Shown here piece by piece: positions 50,901-63,604 of a stretch of 64,000 nt of DNA; the first letter of the stretch is position 1; every line of letters begins with the position of its first letter. The notes below the pieces were generated by a model. It made no database searches, had not been told where the DNA came from, and saw only the letters and a list, made by a program, of their open reading frames with translations. A program made the translations under genes and the position numbers. Source of the DNA: Macrostomum hystrix (Eukaryota > Animalia > Platyhelminthes); assembly GCA_950097015.1 (NCBI GenBank), contig CATNEN010000037.1, forward strand, positions 2,356,001-2,420,000, given 5' to 3'.

Positions 50901-52442
50901 TTCCTCAAAGTGTTATTGACATTTTCTTTTGCGGTCGGACTTTGAGTCAAAGCTGCAAGGTATATAAAAATCTTTACTGACATCTTCTCACAACTGACCC
51001 CCTTAGTCTCACCACCACCTGGTAATTATAAATCCAACAGCGGACGGTCCATACTGTGTCCACACTGCAAAAATTTAATATTGTTGACTTTGCGACCAAA
51101 CTGTGCAATTGTTGAGAAGGAGGCTCTGACTGAGAAAGTTGATACAAAGGCAACAAGAGAGAAAAAAGCGAAATTGGTCAAGTGATTAAAATGACGAAAA
51201 TTTTCCTTCCACTTCTTCATCTTCAGTTTCTCTAGTACCAGCTTCAATCTGAAATTCCAGTGCATATATGCTCCACAGTTACCTATAGCTGGTTATAAGA
51301 GGAACAGATTGGCGACAGGAATCCCCCAATTGCATGAAATCCACCTGCCAAACCTGTTGTCCCCAGCCTACGCAGACTAAAGCAGGGAATCGATATCCTA
51401 TTAAAAGGTCCAATTCCAACCACTCCGTGAGAGCTGTGCTTGTCCAGCCAACTAACCCACTGAGATGCAAAGTGGTCGGATGACAGACGCTTGGCGTCCC
51501 CCGTGCCCCCATGTGCTCCCCTGATATTTCGGGGTTTCGGCAAGGCCGAGAAGAAAATACGGGAAAAGTGCGCGTTGTTGAAGAAGCAATCGAGATTTAT
51601 CCGGGCTCAGAAAAGTCGGCTTGTCAATTGGCTTCCCCAATGACGATGAGAAAATAATGACAAAATCGAAACGCAACAGCGACAGGATAAACTTTTCTTA
51701 GTCAATAACGATTGCTAAACTGCTGTCACTTTTCCCATTGGAATCTTCATTGGCACCTGCTAAAAATCCCATGATTAAAACCGCTTTGAAGCCGAAGAAG
51801 GAGGCAATAAAGCCAGTTAATTTCGAGTGTTTCGGTTATTTTTCAATTTCTTGAAAATTATGATTATACATCGGGAAAAAAGATATACAATGCTATATGC
51901 AGCAGTGCAGATACTGTACTGGCGTGGGACTGGACCTTACGGTAGAAATCAATAGACGGCTTGGACTAGTCAAAAGCCCGAGGCAAAATAATTTGCGTGC
52001 TGCCCGAGGCAGTCAATATCAACTCGCTTTGAATTCGCTGCTGCGAAGGCCAGGTTATATTGTGTGCGCCACTTGGGCACGCACCAGCGGGATTGAAGTC
52101 TCCCCATAGCTTGAGACATCGATGGGGCAGGTAGGCATGCATCATTTTCTCCTTTAGCCCCTTATCCTACCTTAGCTTTGAGTGGGCAAGTAGGGCTTGT
52201 GCTATAGCTAAGTTAGTAGAATTTTTCCGTTCGACGTCCCATTGGTTAGTCGGCTAGACATCCAATCATTGTTTGTCGTCTCGGCTTGTCCATGAAATTA
52301 TTTGTTTATATTTGAAGAAATGAGCAACGCATTCGATTATAAAGCAGAAATATTTTTGCTGTTTCCTCAACTTGAAATAAGCGAACTCGATTATTCAAAA
52401 GAAGACCACTTGATCAGCTTCATCATTCGAATCTGGAAAAAA

Positions 52443-52857
52443 ATGCAGGCAGTGACCCGTCTGTCCGCATCCCTGACGCCGCTGATTCTTCTGATGTCCC
52501 TTCAGCCATCAGCCTGTCAGTCGGACAACGTCGAAGCCTCGTGGCGTCAGAAGCTGGTGAACTTCACGGACAGAAACGGCCGGACGCGTCATTGGCCAAT
52601 TCAGGAGCAGAAGGTGTTCACTAAGGGCGAGATCTACCTGGGCGGCCTGATGATGGTGCATTCTCGCTCGGAGGACAAGGTCTGCGGCCGCGTCATGCAC
52701 CAGGGCGGCATCCAGGCGCTGGAGGCCATGCTCTACACAATAGACTATATCAACGAGCATGACATCATCGGCGATGGCATCCGGCTAGGCAGCTACATCA
52801 AGGACGACTGCGACAGGGATACCTATGGGCTGGACCAGGCGGTGGACTTCATCAAAG
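52443..52857 (+). CDS. First coding exon of a class C GPCR, metabotropic glutamate receptor family (invertebrate mXR/mangetout-like)
   Basis: Signal peptide MQAVTRLSASLTPLILLMSLQPSACQS, then Venus flytrap start GEIYLGGLMMVHS...CG...QGGIQALEAMLYTIDYIN...LGSYIKDDCDRDTYGLDQAVDFIK; strong donor AAAG|GTAAGT. No downstream exons were recognised in the window. Confidence 0.85.
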
Positions 52858-52924
52858 GTAAGTTATTTGCTTGAAGCGTGAGTTAGCTTCTTAGACTCAA
52901 TTCATTATTATTCTGCTTTTGTTG

Positions 52925-53160
52925 GTCCCACTGTGGTGGTCCTTGTTCTGGTTTTGTTAGCCACTCTTTGGTGGTCCTTGTTCTGGTTTTATTAGTCCCT
53001 CTCTGGTGGTCTTTGTTCTGCTTTTTAGTAACACTGTGGTGGCCTTTGTTCTAGTTTTATTAGATACTCTGGAGGTCTTTGTTCTGGTTTTTTTAGTAAC
53101 ACTGTGGTAGTCCTTGTTCTGGTTTCGTTGGTAACTTATTGGTCTTTGTTCTGGTTTTCT
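52925..53160. repeat. Degenerate intronic minisatellite, 33-35 bp unit, about 7 copies
   Basis: c(c/t)ttgttctg recurs at about 52941, 52976, 53011, 53044, 53077, 53112. Confidence 0.75.
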
Positions 53161-54852
53161 ACTCACTCTTTTGTCAATTTAGCTTTGGTTTCGATGGCCG
53201 CTCTTTTTCTCACTAATAAAATGTATCTGTCTAGCGTCCACGAGATTCCACGAGCGAACCGCTCTGCTCAAGGCCATCGAAGTTCACTCGTCAGATTCAG
53301 GCCTATAGACGAGAAAAAAATATTTGTCTAGGCCGGTCGGGATTAATTTAGCAAAAAGCATTGGTCGAAAAATGCGGTCTAAAACAGAGTAAACACGATA
53401 GGCAGCAGGTCGGGCAAGTTACAGTCATGTGCAATCATAGCATGCCACTATCCAACGAAAAAATAAGATGATCTACAATATTCTTTAGTCCGAATTTTCT
53501 TGATTGATGACTTCTTTGAAGATTCGTCAATAACCAGGCACCGCTGACCGCCATCGTTTCGCTCGCTGTCTTTGACTCGACTTGCTTCGTCTGGGACTAG
53601 CCTCACCAATTTGATTGCCTTCGTCTAATTGAACCCCGGTTTGAGCTGCTAGGGGAATAAAGATGACGTGATGCGCCCAAATCAAACCCAGGATTATTCT
53701 CCCCCTCTTAATATTTTTCTATTTGTAGATGCAGGGAAATTATTTTTCATATTTTTTTATTAAAGGCAGAAGGACCACACTTGAAACTATTTTCAGACTT
53801 TTATTTTGCCTGCTTCAGAAAGGTTTAGTAAAAAAAGATATTTCCTTGCCAAAAGCCATCTATAGATGGCTGCGGAGTCTGGAACTGCAGTAACAAATGG
53901 GATGGGAAGGTAAGGCTAGGAAGCGATTAGCATCAAACGCCTGTCAATTAAATTTTCGCGGTATTTTTGTTAACTTTCCCAGAGACGCATTGCTTGATCT
54001 TCTCTTATCCCCACCCCTTGCCCGAAGCCGACCTCGCCTCGGTCTAGAAACCCGTTGGGGCTAGCGAAATTGGATAGGTGAGAGACACAGACAGCAACGG
54101 GAATGGACAGGCCCCCAAGAGCTTTCCAAGAAGCTTGATCTACGCATCAGCGGCGGCCGCCAGAAATGCGAAGGCTATCAGCGCCTTCACTCTTTCCCAG
54201 CCCAGATTGTGCCGACCACATCGACTCCAACCTCCCACCGTGTCCCACAGACCGTGTCTCGAGTGTAAGCTAAATCTTTTCCGAACCAGTTTGTCGCCTA
54301 GGTGGATTAGCCCGGGTCAGTCGGGGCACACTTGTCACAACATCGTCTCCTTTCTCTTCCCCTTCAGAGGATCGCCGGCTATAAGGAAACTTATAAGGGG
54401 AAAAGGAGAATATAAAAAAGAAATTTATCCTACGATCCTGTGTTAGGAGGAAAAGTTCAGTCGAAACAGTTGACAATTCTGGACCGGTTGTTATTTTGTA
54501 TGTAAAAAGTACTTTTGATTAAAACCCGAATGTTTTTTCATTTTTATTAACCTTCTCCTTATCGTATTCGCTTAATGCCCCTAAAATAGAGCTGGGATGG
54601 GGTGGCTGTCTGAATGAGAAGACAAATTACTATTGGTCACGCAAGGGGTGGGTTGTCTATTTTTAGACAAAATGGTATGAATCATCTGTGTATAAAAAGT
54701 GCTATAAAAAGAATTAGTGAAGTTGAGGTGTGATGTGGTTGTCACGGCTAGTTCAGTATAGATTTAGTAGCTTAACTATCAATAGGCAAGAAAATAAAAA
54801 TGCCATAAATGTTTTACTCTGCCCTCAATCACATGCACCGAACTCATCGAGC

Positions 54853-55395
54853 TGAGAATGAGAATGAGAATGAGAGTGGGAATGAGAATGGGATGGAGAA
54901 TGAGAATGAGAATGAGAATGAAAATGGGATGGAGAATGAGAATGAGAATGGGATGGAGAATGAGAATGAGAATGAGAATGAGGATGAGAATGAGAATGAG
55001 AATGGGATGGAGAATGAGAAAGAGAATGAGAATGAGAATGAGAATGGGATGGAGAATGAGAATGAGAATGGGATGGAGAATGAGAATGTGAATGAGAATG
55101 AGAATGAGGATGAGAATGAGAGTGGGAATGGGATGGAGAATGAGAATGAGAATGATAATGAGAATGAGAATGGGATGGAGAATGAGAATGAGAATGGGAT
55201 GGAGAATGAGAATGAGAATGGGATGGAGAATGAGAACGAGAATGAGAATGAGAATGAGAATGGGATGGAGAATGAGAATGAGAATGAGAATGAGAATGAG
55301 AATGAGAATGAGATCGAGAATGAGAATGAGAATGAGATGGAGAATTAGAATGGGATGGAGAAAAAGAGAGTGAGAATGAGAATGAGAACGAGAAT
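54853..55395. repeat. (GAGAAT)n hexamer microsatellite with GGGATG interruptions, about 90 units
   Basis: Directly visible. Confidence 0.95.
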
Positions 55396-55899
55396 CAAAA
55401 GCCTGTGTTCTTTGACATCCTTGACATCCTTCCTATCTCTCCGCGACCCTTTGGCTGTGTATATTATTCACATAAAAGTACACAAATTAAGTTTGATTAC
55501 TGCCGTAGTCCAGTAAAAAGTGCGGCATTACCAAATTCTGGGCCTCAAGTTGCTGCTGATTTCTCTAGTGCCTAGTCACGCGTGTCGATCTGCTATATTT
55601 TTATAGAAACAGCCGTACGAACTGTTGAATCCGGCGATTTGACGGTTCTAGGCCCGATTCAAAGCTTCACCGGTCACTGACGCTTACTTAAACTGACTGG
55701 GCTGGAGCTGTGCAAAAATAACGACGAGCGAAGAGTTGGCAAAAGTTGCACTTTTAAATAAATATAAATTGTAAATCTGTTTGTTGAAGAGCTCGAAGCT
55801 GATGTCCCTTGTGTCTGTGCTATATTTGCTATTCCGCCAAGTTATTTAATAATATTAATTTGAAAATTCGAGGCACGATTCATATTAATATTAGTTGCA

Positions 55900-56163
55900 G
55901 GAGGGCAATAACCGCACACAGATACTGTACGCAGGCACACGCTCACACTGGTGTGTACATCTGCCCTGACTTTATAATCTTCAGGAAATGTACACTCTCA
56001 CTGTGCTTCGGAGGTTGGCCCTCAAGGGTGTAAATTGCACGACAAGCCACCAAGCCTTCTCTCCGCGGCTGCGCCCCAAATAAATGTGGCCTCGCCGCGG
56101 AATCGAACTCAGGGACCTTGGTGCGAGAGGCAAACGCGTTAGACCGCTCTGCCACCGACCCCC
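55900..56163 (-). mobile_element. tRNA-derived SINE, family A copy 2
   Basis: Same A/B-box head and body as the copies at 22078 and 63605; small deletion near the 3' end. Confidence 0.8.
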
Positions 56164-56254
56164 GTTAAATTGCTATTTAAGCAGCAAGCAGCCGTTTGCT
56201 GTCAACCTCGATTCCAAATCCTCGATGTCTAATCATCCACCTCAAATTCCCGAT

Positions 56255-57232
56255 CTTTGATCCATGGTTCCAAATCCTTGATCCATGGTTCCAAATCCTT
56301 GATCCAGTGTTCCAAATCCTTGATCCATGGTTCCTAATCATTGATCCATGGTTCCTAATCCTTGATCCATGGTTCCTAATCCTTGATCCATGGTTCCTAA
56401 TCCTTGATCCATGGTTCCAAATCCTTGATCCAGTGTTCCAAATCCTTGATCCATGGTTCCTAATCCTTGATCCATGGTTCCTAATCCTTGATCCATGGTT
56501 CCTAATCCTTGATCCATGATTCTTAATCCTTGATCGATGGTTCCTAATCCTTGATCCATGGTTACAAATCCTTGATCCAGTGTTCCAAATCCTTGATCCA
56601 TGGTTACAAAGCCTTGATCCATGGTTCCTAATCCTTGATCGATGGTTCCTAATCCTTGATCCATGGTTCCTAATCCTTGATCCATGGTTCCTAATCCTTG
56701 ATCCATGGTTCCTAATCCTTGATCGATGGTTCCTAATCCTTGATCCATGGTTACAAATCCTTGATCCAGTGTTCCAAATCCTTGATCCATGGTTACAAAG
56801 CCTTGATCCATGGTTCCTAATCCTTGATCGATTGTTCCTAATCCTTGATCCATGGTTCCTAATCCTTGATCGATGGTTCCTAATCCTTGATCCATGGTTC
56901 CTAATCCTTGATCGATGGTTCCTAATCCTTGATCCATGGTTCCTAATCCTTGATCCATGATTCTTAATCCTTTATCGATGGTTCCTAATCCTTGATCCAT
57001 GGTTCCTAATCCTTTATCCGTGGTTCCTAATCCTTGATCCATGATTCCTTATCCTTGATCCATGATTCCTTATCCTTGATCCATGGTTCCTAATCCTTGA
57101 TCCATGATTCCTTATCCTTGATCCATGGTTCCTAATCCTTGATCCATGATTCCTTATCCTTGATCCATGGTTCCTAATCCTTGATCTGTGGTTCCTAATC
57201 CTTGATCCATAGTCCCAAATCCTTGATCCACA
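56255..57232. repeat. Minisatellite, 21 bp unit, about 46 copies
   Basis: Unit tccttgatccatggttcctaa. Confidence 0.95.
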
Positions 57233-58039
57233 ATCCCTGACTATTATATTTCTGTTCTTCGCTGTACGATCCAAAATGAAACCTTTCCTTTTGTCTAAAG
57301 TAATCATCAGTTATTGTGATAAATGATTGCATCTAAAGTTTACCTTTCCACACTATCAAAACAGACAAGTCGACCATGTTAAGCTTCCGTCGCCGAAAAT
57401 CATGAAACTGGGGGGTTAAGCTTTCCTAGAAAATTACAAATCACTGTTCTAGCCAGACAAAGGGCAAATATGATTCAATTAAATAAATAAGAGACTCAAA
57501 GCACTGTCAGATCAGAACAAATCAAACAGAAGCGTTGACAGTCAAGTCGGTATGCTCAGCTCCAATTATCAAAGCTACACCGCCTGTTTGAGGAACAATC
57601 TCCCCTGCAGCCAGTACTCTGCTGAGGCCAAGAATTGAAGCAAATTTTTACCGTGCCGTTGTGTAAAGTCATAAAAGTAGAACCTTAGTGCGACAACTCC
57701 CCGCCAAAGACAAATTTTCTGGGCCAGTCTTGGCTGACTCAAATGAACAGACAGACAATTCTAATGCACTAGTTAAAGAGAAACACTGATGCTTTCCGTT
57801 GAAGTTAATCAACCTTATACATTTCTGTTTCACAAAAAATCTGAATAAATTCTATACAATTTAGTTGAAAATTTTGAGTCCTCCAGTTTTATCTAGTGAG
57901 CTGTGTTTAAACAAAGTTTAATAAAGACAAAAACTGTCTTTTTACTTAAGGCAATGCTGTTTTCTACACGTTAAGGTTACACTGCAAAACGATTGCAATG
58001 TCAAAAGGTGCGCATCAAGAGAAAAAATGTGTGCAGTAG

Positions 58040-58246
58040 TCTATAAAGTCTATGGTCTATAGTCTATGGTCTATAGTCTATGGTCTATAGTCTATGGTCT
58101 ATAGTATATGGTCTATAGTATATGGTCTATAGTCTATGGTCTATAGTCTATGGTCTATAGTCTATGGTCTATAGTCTATGGTCTATAGTCTATGGTCTAT
58201 GGTCTATAGTCTATGGTCTATAGTCTATGGTCTATAGTCTATGGTC
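58040..58246. repeat. Minisatellite, 14 bp unit (7+7), about 15 copies
   Basis: Unit tatagtctatggtc. Confidence 0.93.
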
Positions 58247-59029
58247 GAGACTCCAGAATTGAATCGTAATTACAATGCTGCTTAATAGCCGGCTTTTATT
58301 GCTTCAATATCTATGGCACTAATAATTAAAATTTAAGCACTCAATATCAACTTTTGAAGCCGCATTTGGAAAGAAAAAAAATTTGAATTTTCTTAGAAAA
58401 AAAGGCTAAAAATAGGCACATGCCATGGCACGCACAGATAGCTAGGTAGGATAATGTGCGAATAAGTTTAAAGAAAGGTGAACGAGATCGAAAGGCGAGG
58501 GTTCGAACTGTCTCTTGGTTGGGGTGGGAGGCGGGATTAGCAATTTCCTTAATCCCAAACCTCATATTCTCAGAGCCTGATGAGCAGCGCGAATGCGAGC
58601 ATTAAACGCTTGACCGGTCGCAAAGTCAATGAGATTCAGTACGGAAGAGATGGCCAAGGTGGATCGGGCAAAATCCTATCTGGTTCTCCCATGATGCTGA
58701 TCAATGAACTGCCGCTATGCGCCAATATTTGATTGACTGCACCACCTTTGGCCCGCCCCTTAGCGAGTTGTTTACCTAAGATCTGCGTAAATGCTATTTG
58801 CACTGGACTGCTGCTACAGTGCCGCGAGATCGCACACCCAACACAGATGGCCACTCATGCGTACAGGCACGCCTGAGGCGGTATCTGGGAGGAATCAGAG
58901 CTGCTGAGTTAGGAGTTTGTGAATAAATTCATTTTTAACGGCGCTTTTTCATTGCGAAAGCAGATAATAAAATACACCGCCTTTGATGCATCTACTGACC
59001 TAGTATCACTAACAACTGTCAGTGCAACC

Positions 59030-60420
59030 TGACACACTGGTCCTGACACACTGATCCTGACACACTGATACTGACAGACTGGTCCTGACACACTGATCCT
59101 GACACACTGATACTGACAGACTGGTCCTGACACACTGGTCCTGACACACTGATCCTGACACACTGATCCTGACACACTGATCCTGACACACTGATACTGA
59201 CAGAATGGTCCTCACACACTGATCCTGACACACTGATCCTGACACACTGATCCTGACACACTGATCCTGACACACTGATCCTGACACACTGATCCTGACA
59301 CACTGATCCTGACACACTGATCCTGACACACTGATCCTGACACACTGATCCTGACACACTGATCCTGACACACTGATACTGACAGACTGGTCCTGACACA
59401 CTGATCGTGACACACTGATCCTGACACACTGATACTGACAGACTGGTCCTGACACACTGGTCCTGACACACTGATCCTGACACACTGATCCTGACACACT
59501 GATCCTGACACACTGATCCTGACACACTGATCCTGACACACTGATCCTGACACACTGATACTGACAGACTGGTCCTGACACACTGATCCTGACACACTGA
59601 TACTGACAGACTGGTCCTGACACACTGATACTGACACACTGATACTGACAGACTGGTCCTGACACACTGGTCCTGACACACTGATCCTGACACACTGGTC
59701 CTGACACACTGGTCCTGACACACTGGTCCTGACACACTGATCCTGACACACTGGTCCTGACACACTGGTCCTGACACACTGGTCCTGACAGACTGGTCCT
59801 GACACACTGGTCCTGACACACTGATCCTGACACACTGATCCTGACACACTGATCCTGACACACTGATCCTGACACACTGATCCTGACACACTGATCCTGA
59901 CACACTGATCCTGACACACTGATCCTGACACACTGATCCTGACACACTGATCCTGACACACTGATCCTGACACACTGATACTGACAGACTGGTCCTGACA
60001 CACTGATCGTGACACACTGATCCTGACACACTGATACTGACAGACTGGTCCTGACACACTGGTCCTGACACACTGATCCTGACACACTGATCCTGACACA
60101 CTGATCCTGACACACTGATCCTGACACACTGATACTGACAGACTGGTCCTGACACACTGATCCTGACACACTGATACTGACAGACTGGTCCTGACACACT
60201 GATACTGACACACTGATACTGACAGACTGGTCCTGACACACTGGTCCTGACACACTGATCCTGACACACTGGTCCTGACACACTGGTCCTGACACACTGG
60301 TCCTGACACACTGATCCTGACACACTGGTCCTGACACACTGGTCCTGACACACTGGTCCTGACAGACTGGTCCTGACACACTGGTCCTGACACACTGATC
60401 CTGACACACTGATACTGACA
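59030..60420. repeat. Minisatellite, 14 bp unit, about 99 copies
   Basis: Unit ctgacacactgatc with ggtc/gata/caga variants. Confidence 0.95.
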
Positions 60421-60689
60421 AACAAAAAACTGCGTTGCATCTTTTCTTGGATTATAGAAAGTGAAACGTGGAGTAGACTTTATGTCAGTTTATTTAATCG
60501 TTAATTAGTTTATAATTTTATTCGCACTGACAAAAGTAAGGACACTGATAGCCAAAGTTTTTAAGTAGAGCAGGAGCTTCTGATGCCCCTCGTAAACTGC
60601 ACTTCCGCAAGCAACAGGATTTTGGTAAACTAATCATTTGGAATGGCGATCATTTCGACCCGCAGTAGTCTCACACTATCCACACACTA

Positions 60690-60900
60690 TTCCAACCAAC
60701 AGTGCCTACCCCATCTACCACTGCCTACCTCATCCAACCCTCTGTCTACCCATCCATTGTCTACCCCATACACCCATTATCTACACTGTCCACTCTATTG
60801 CCTACCCAAGTCATCCATTGTCTACCCCAGACACCCATTATCTACACTGTCCACTCTATTATCTACCCGAGTCATTCAATGAACTCACTGCCGACTCCAA
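60690..60900. repeat. Degenerate C-rich tandem repeat, about 58 bp duplication
   Basis: cacccattatctacactgtccactctatt occurs at about 60771 and 60833. Confidence 0.6.
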
Positions 60901-60967
60901 CAACCCACAGTCTATCCCATGCATTCATTGTCCTACCGCCATCGGTTCTCTTCCTCACAACGTCAGT

Positions 60968-61438
60968 TCAGTTATAGCGGGCCCTTGGACCCTGGTAGAA
61001 GTTGCGAATGCACTGGCTAAGCTTCTGCCTGGAGCCAAAGTTCCTGTCCCTGTAGGCCAGCTCAATCAGGTTGGGGTAGAGGTCCTTGACATGGTCCTTG
61101 ACCAGACAGTCATCTGACGACTCGAAGTCCTTATTAAGCAGAGCTTCATCGACCGTGTACAAGTAAATACCAGCCAAAGACATCACAACAATGATGACTA
61201 CCAATATCAAGCTGATCCTTGAGTCAAAGGTTACGTCATGCGCGGCAAGATAGAATTCCTCTGAGTACAGGCGAAATCCAACTCTATAGTAGGTGCTCTG
61301 GGCTGTCGCCGACAATTTGCTGTCATTAGTGGAGTTGGGAATAGAATTCATAGAATCAGCCTCGTCGAAAACATCTTCGAATATAAAATTCATCAGGAAG
61401 ATGCTGCTATTGATGAACATATGGGACTGATAAGACAT
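60968..61438 (-). CDS. Orphan ORF, about 156 aa, one predicted transmembrane helix
   Basis: Non-repetitive ATG-initiated ORF with a hydrophobic segment ISLILVVIIVVMSLAGIYLY; no family recognised. Confidence 0.4.
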   Translation of the reverse strand: MSYQSHMFINSSIFLMNFIFEDVFDEADSMNSIPNSTNDSKLSATAQSTYYRVGFRLYSEEFYLAAHDVTFDSRISLILVVIIVVMSLAGIYLYTVDEALLNKDFESSDDCLVKDHVKDLYPNLIELAYRDRNFGSRQKLSQCIRNFYQGPRARYN

Positions 61439-61864
61439 CTTTAGATCGCGTCTGCCTACTGTCGAATTTCCGATTGCTTGTTGATTGTGACACTATAGCA
61501 ACAATTATAGTCGCGATTCAGTTTCTGCTTGACTATCAATTTTTTGTTAGAGTTTCATCACTTCATTAATTTCGAGTCGTTATTTTTGGACATAGAAAAC
61601 CAATTGATTTAAACTAGGACTTATATATAAAATCCGATTTCGTCGTTAATGGACGTTTAATGGGCGCATTCTGAGCCACGAATCTATCGTCTATGGTTGG
61701 AAAATGCGAAGTCTTGAACCAGTGTGCCATATAATGGTCCCGAAAACGGGGCCCATTAAACCGTATAATGGGCGCCAAATAATGGGCCGCAAATCATTTA
61801 TTGACGCGAAACGTTTCAAACATGTTTAAACAAGTAGAATAAGCGACAACTAAGTAGTTAATAG

Positions 61865-62392
61865 TCAGTGGCAGTAACGGTCAATACCCAGCGTGAGGTA
61901 AACATCGTTAGTCAAATTTGATTCGTCCGTGACGTCGAATTCGGCGTCCGTCCAGATAGACATCTGCTGCTTCAAGGTGTAGACATAGTAGTGCTGAATC
62001 TTTGCCACTAAGTCCTTGAGACTACCCGGTGGGTATTTCTCTCCATTCTCCTTACGAATCTCGAAGACGAAGAATTGGAGAAGCTCATTCACCTCAGACT
62101 TTGACAGCACCTCAAGTGGCTTTATCACCATGAGTCCGGGCACGTCGCCTTGCGCTTGCAACTGGCCGCGACTTTCCTTCCACGTTCAAAACACATTGAC
62201 AGCCCACTTCTCCTTCGCACGCGTAACGTCGGGCAAACTCTCCGCCATCCTACGCTCCACGTCGTCGGCACTTAACACCTCACCAACACGAGTAGTATCA
62301 AGCAACGGCAGAAACTTCACATCGGTGGCGGGTGAGGCTTCAAAAGAGTCCAAGAATGCAGAAAAGTCTAATTCTTCTTCAGCGTCGGCCAT
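61865..62392 (-). pseudogene. Crypton-like tyrosine-recombinase element remnant (N-terminal DUF3504/KCTD1-ZMYM-related region)
   Basis: TRAKEKWAVNVF*TW...LLQFFVFEIRKENGEKYPPGSLKDLVAKIQHY...IWTDAEF. An in-frame TGA at 62188-62186 splits one reading frame; the catalytic core is missing. Confidence 0.65.
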
Positions 62393-62480
62393 CGTGGATG
62401 CAAATAAACTCGAAGCTAGCAAGACTGATCTCTCTCTCTGACTGACTGACTGACTGAGCCAGCATCGAATTTCATATAAA

Positions 62481-62884
62481 ATAGTGGCTGCTTAATTGGC
62501 AGTCTATGGTTAAAAAGTCCTCGGCCACGCTCAATAGTATATTATTACCCAGGCTTTCAGGGCGATAATGGGAAAGCCAGAGGGCGCCGAAGGCGCCCGA
62601 GGGATTTCTCATTATCGCCCGCAAAGCCTGGGTAATACTGTGATTGTACCATAGACTATGTGGCTTATAGTGTGTGGCTATACGTTAAAATACACAAAAA
62701 TAATCCATTATCGGCGCAACTTTTCGGGCCAAAATGACATCGTCTATGGCAATAATCGAATATCAGCCCGCCCGATAGCCACGTAGTCATGGTACAATAG
62801 TCCTCGGCTCGCTTCGCTCGCCTCGGACCATTAAACGCAGCCTCAGACTTTCTAACCATAGAATGCCAATTAAGCAGCCACTAT
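62481..62884. mobile_element. Foldback element with 39-bp terminal inverted repeats enclosing two internal stem-loops
   Basis: 62481-62519 vs 62846-62884 match 37/39 as inverted repeats. Inner inverted pairs are 62543-62575/62605-62637 (30/33) and 62643-62670/62773-62798. Confidence 0.75.
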
Positions 62885-63604
62885 CATATACATAACACAC
62901 ATGAAGGGCGTGTCTTTAGCATCTAGATGCTAAAGATTCTATATATACCGAGTACCGGTAGAAGGCCTTGGTGTGACTTTACAAATTCTGAGCAAATCTA
63001 GAGGCAAATAAAAAATGAATAACTTGAAAGATTGAAAAGAGGTTACTCGTATACATTTCGGTTTACTTTTTCATACCTTTTTTCTCTCATTCTAATTAGA
63101 ATCCGGGAATTGATTTTTAATGAAGATAAAAATTCTATTTTCCCAACTTCACAAATTCCTCAGGGTTGCTGAGCTGTTGTTAATTAAATGTGCCTGCTTG
63201 CGGAGTCTGAGATTGAGCAGTCTCAGCCTCCCTCAGGTATGGAATGCACAAACCTATTTACATCTCGCCGGTACACAACAGACTATGTAAAAAGCTGTAG
63301 TAGAGAAATTTTCTTCTTGAGTTTATTTGACACGTCCTGATTTTTTATCCATGTGAGACAGATAGTGGACAGCATGCTTCCCGGAAAAGAAGAACACAGA
63401 CGCGTGAGATAATTGAAGGACAGAGAATCGGATCGAAACATAACAGCGCAAAGAGAGCAGAGAACGAATCTGATGCAAATTCAATTCAGGAACTGGCTTC
63501 GCAATGGGGCAGGAGATAGACAGTACTAATGAACTGAAAGACAGACAGAATATTTTGCGAAAGACAGGACAATACTGGAACAGACTGAGAGAGATTTGGA
63601 GAGA

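Noticed and set aside
52302-52442. N-terminal extension of the GPCR ORF from a TTG start
   Set aside because: ATG 52443 directly precedes a signal peptide; the upstream frame is AT-rich and unlike the family.
54853-55395. Interstitial telomeric repeat
   Set aside because: The unit GAGAAT is not TTAGGG or a variant I recognise; treated as an ordinary microsatellite.
58570-58900. GC-richer coding-like stretch as a candidate second GPCR exon
   Set aside because: All frames contain stops and none shows the expected Venus flytrap motifs (GVVG, VANLLRLF, PQVS).
54809-60440. ORFs (EN)n, (MR)n, LILDPWF and SVSGSVCQDQCVR
   Set aside because: Translations of the hexamer, 21-bp and 14-bp repeats.
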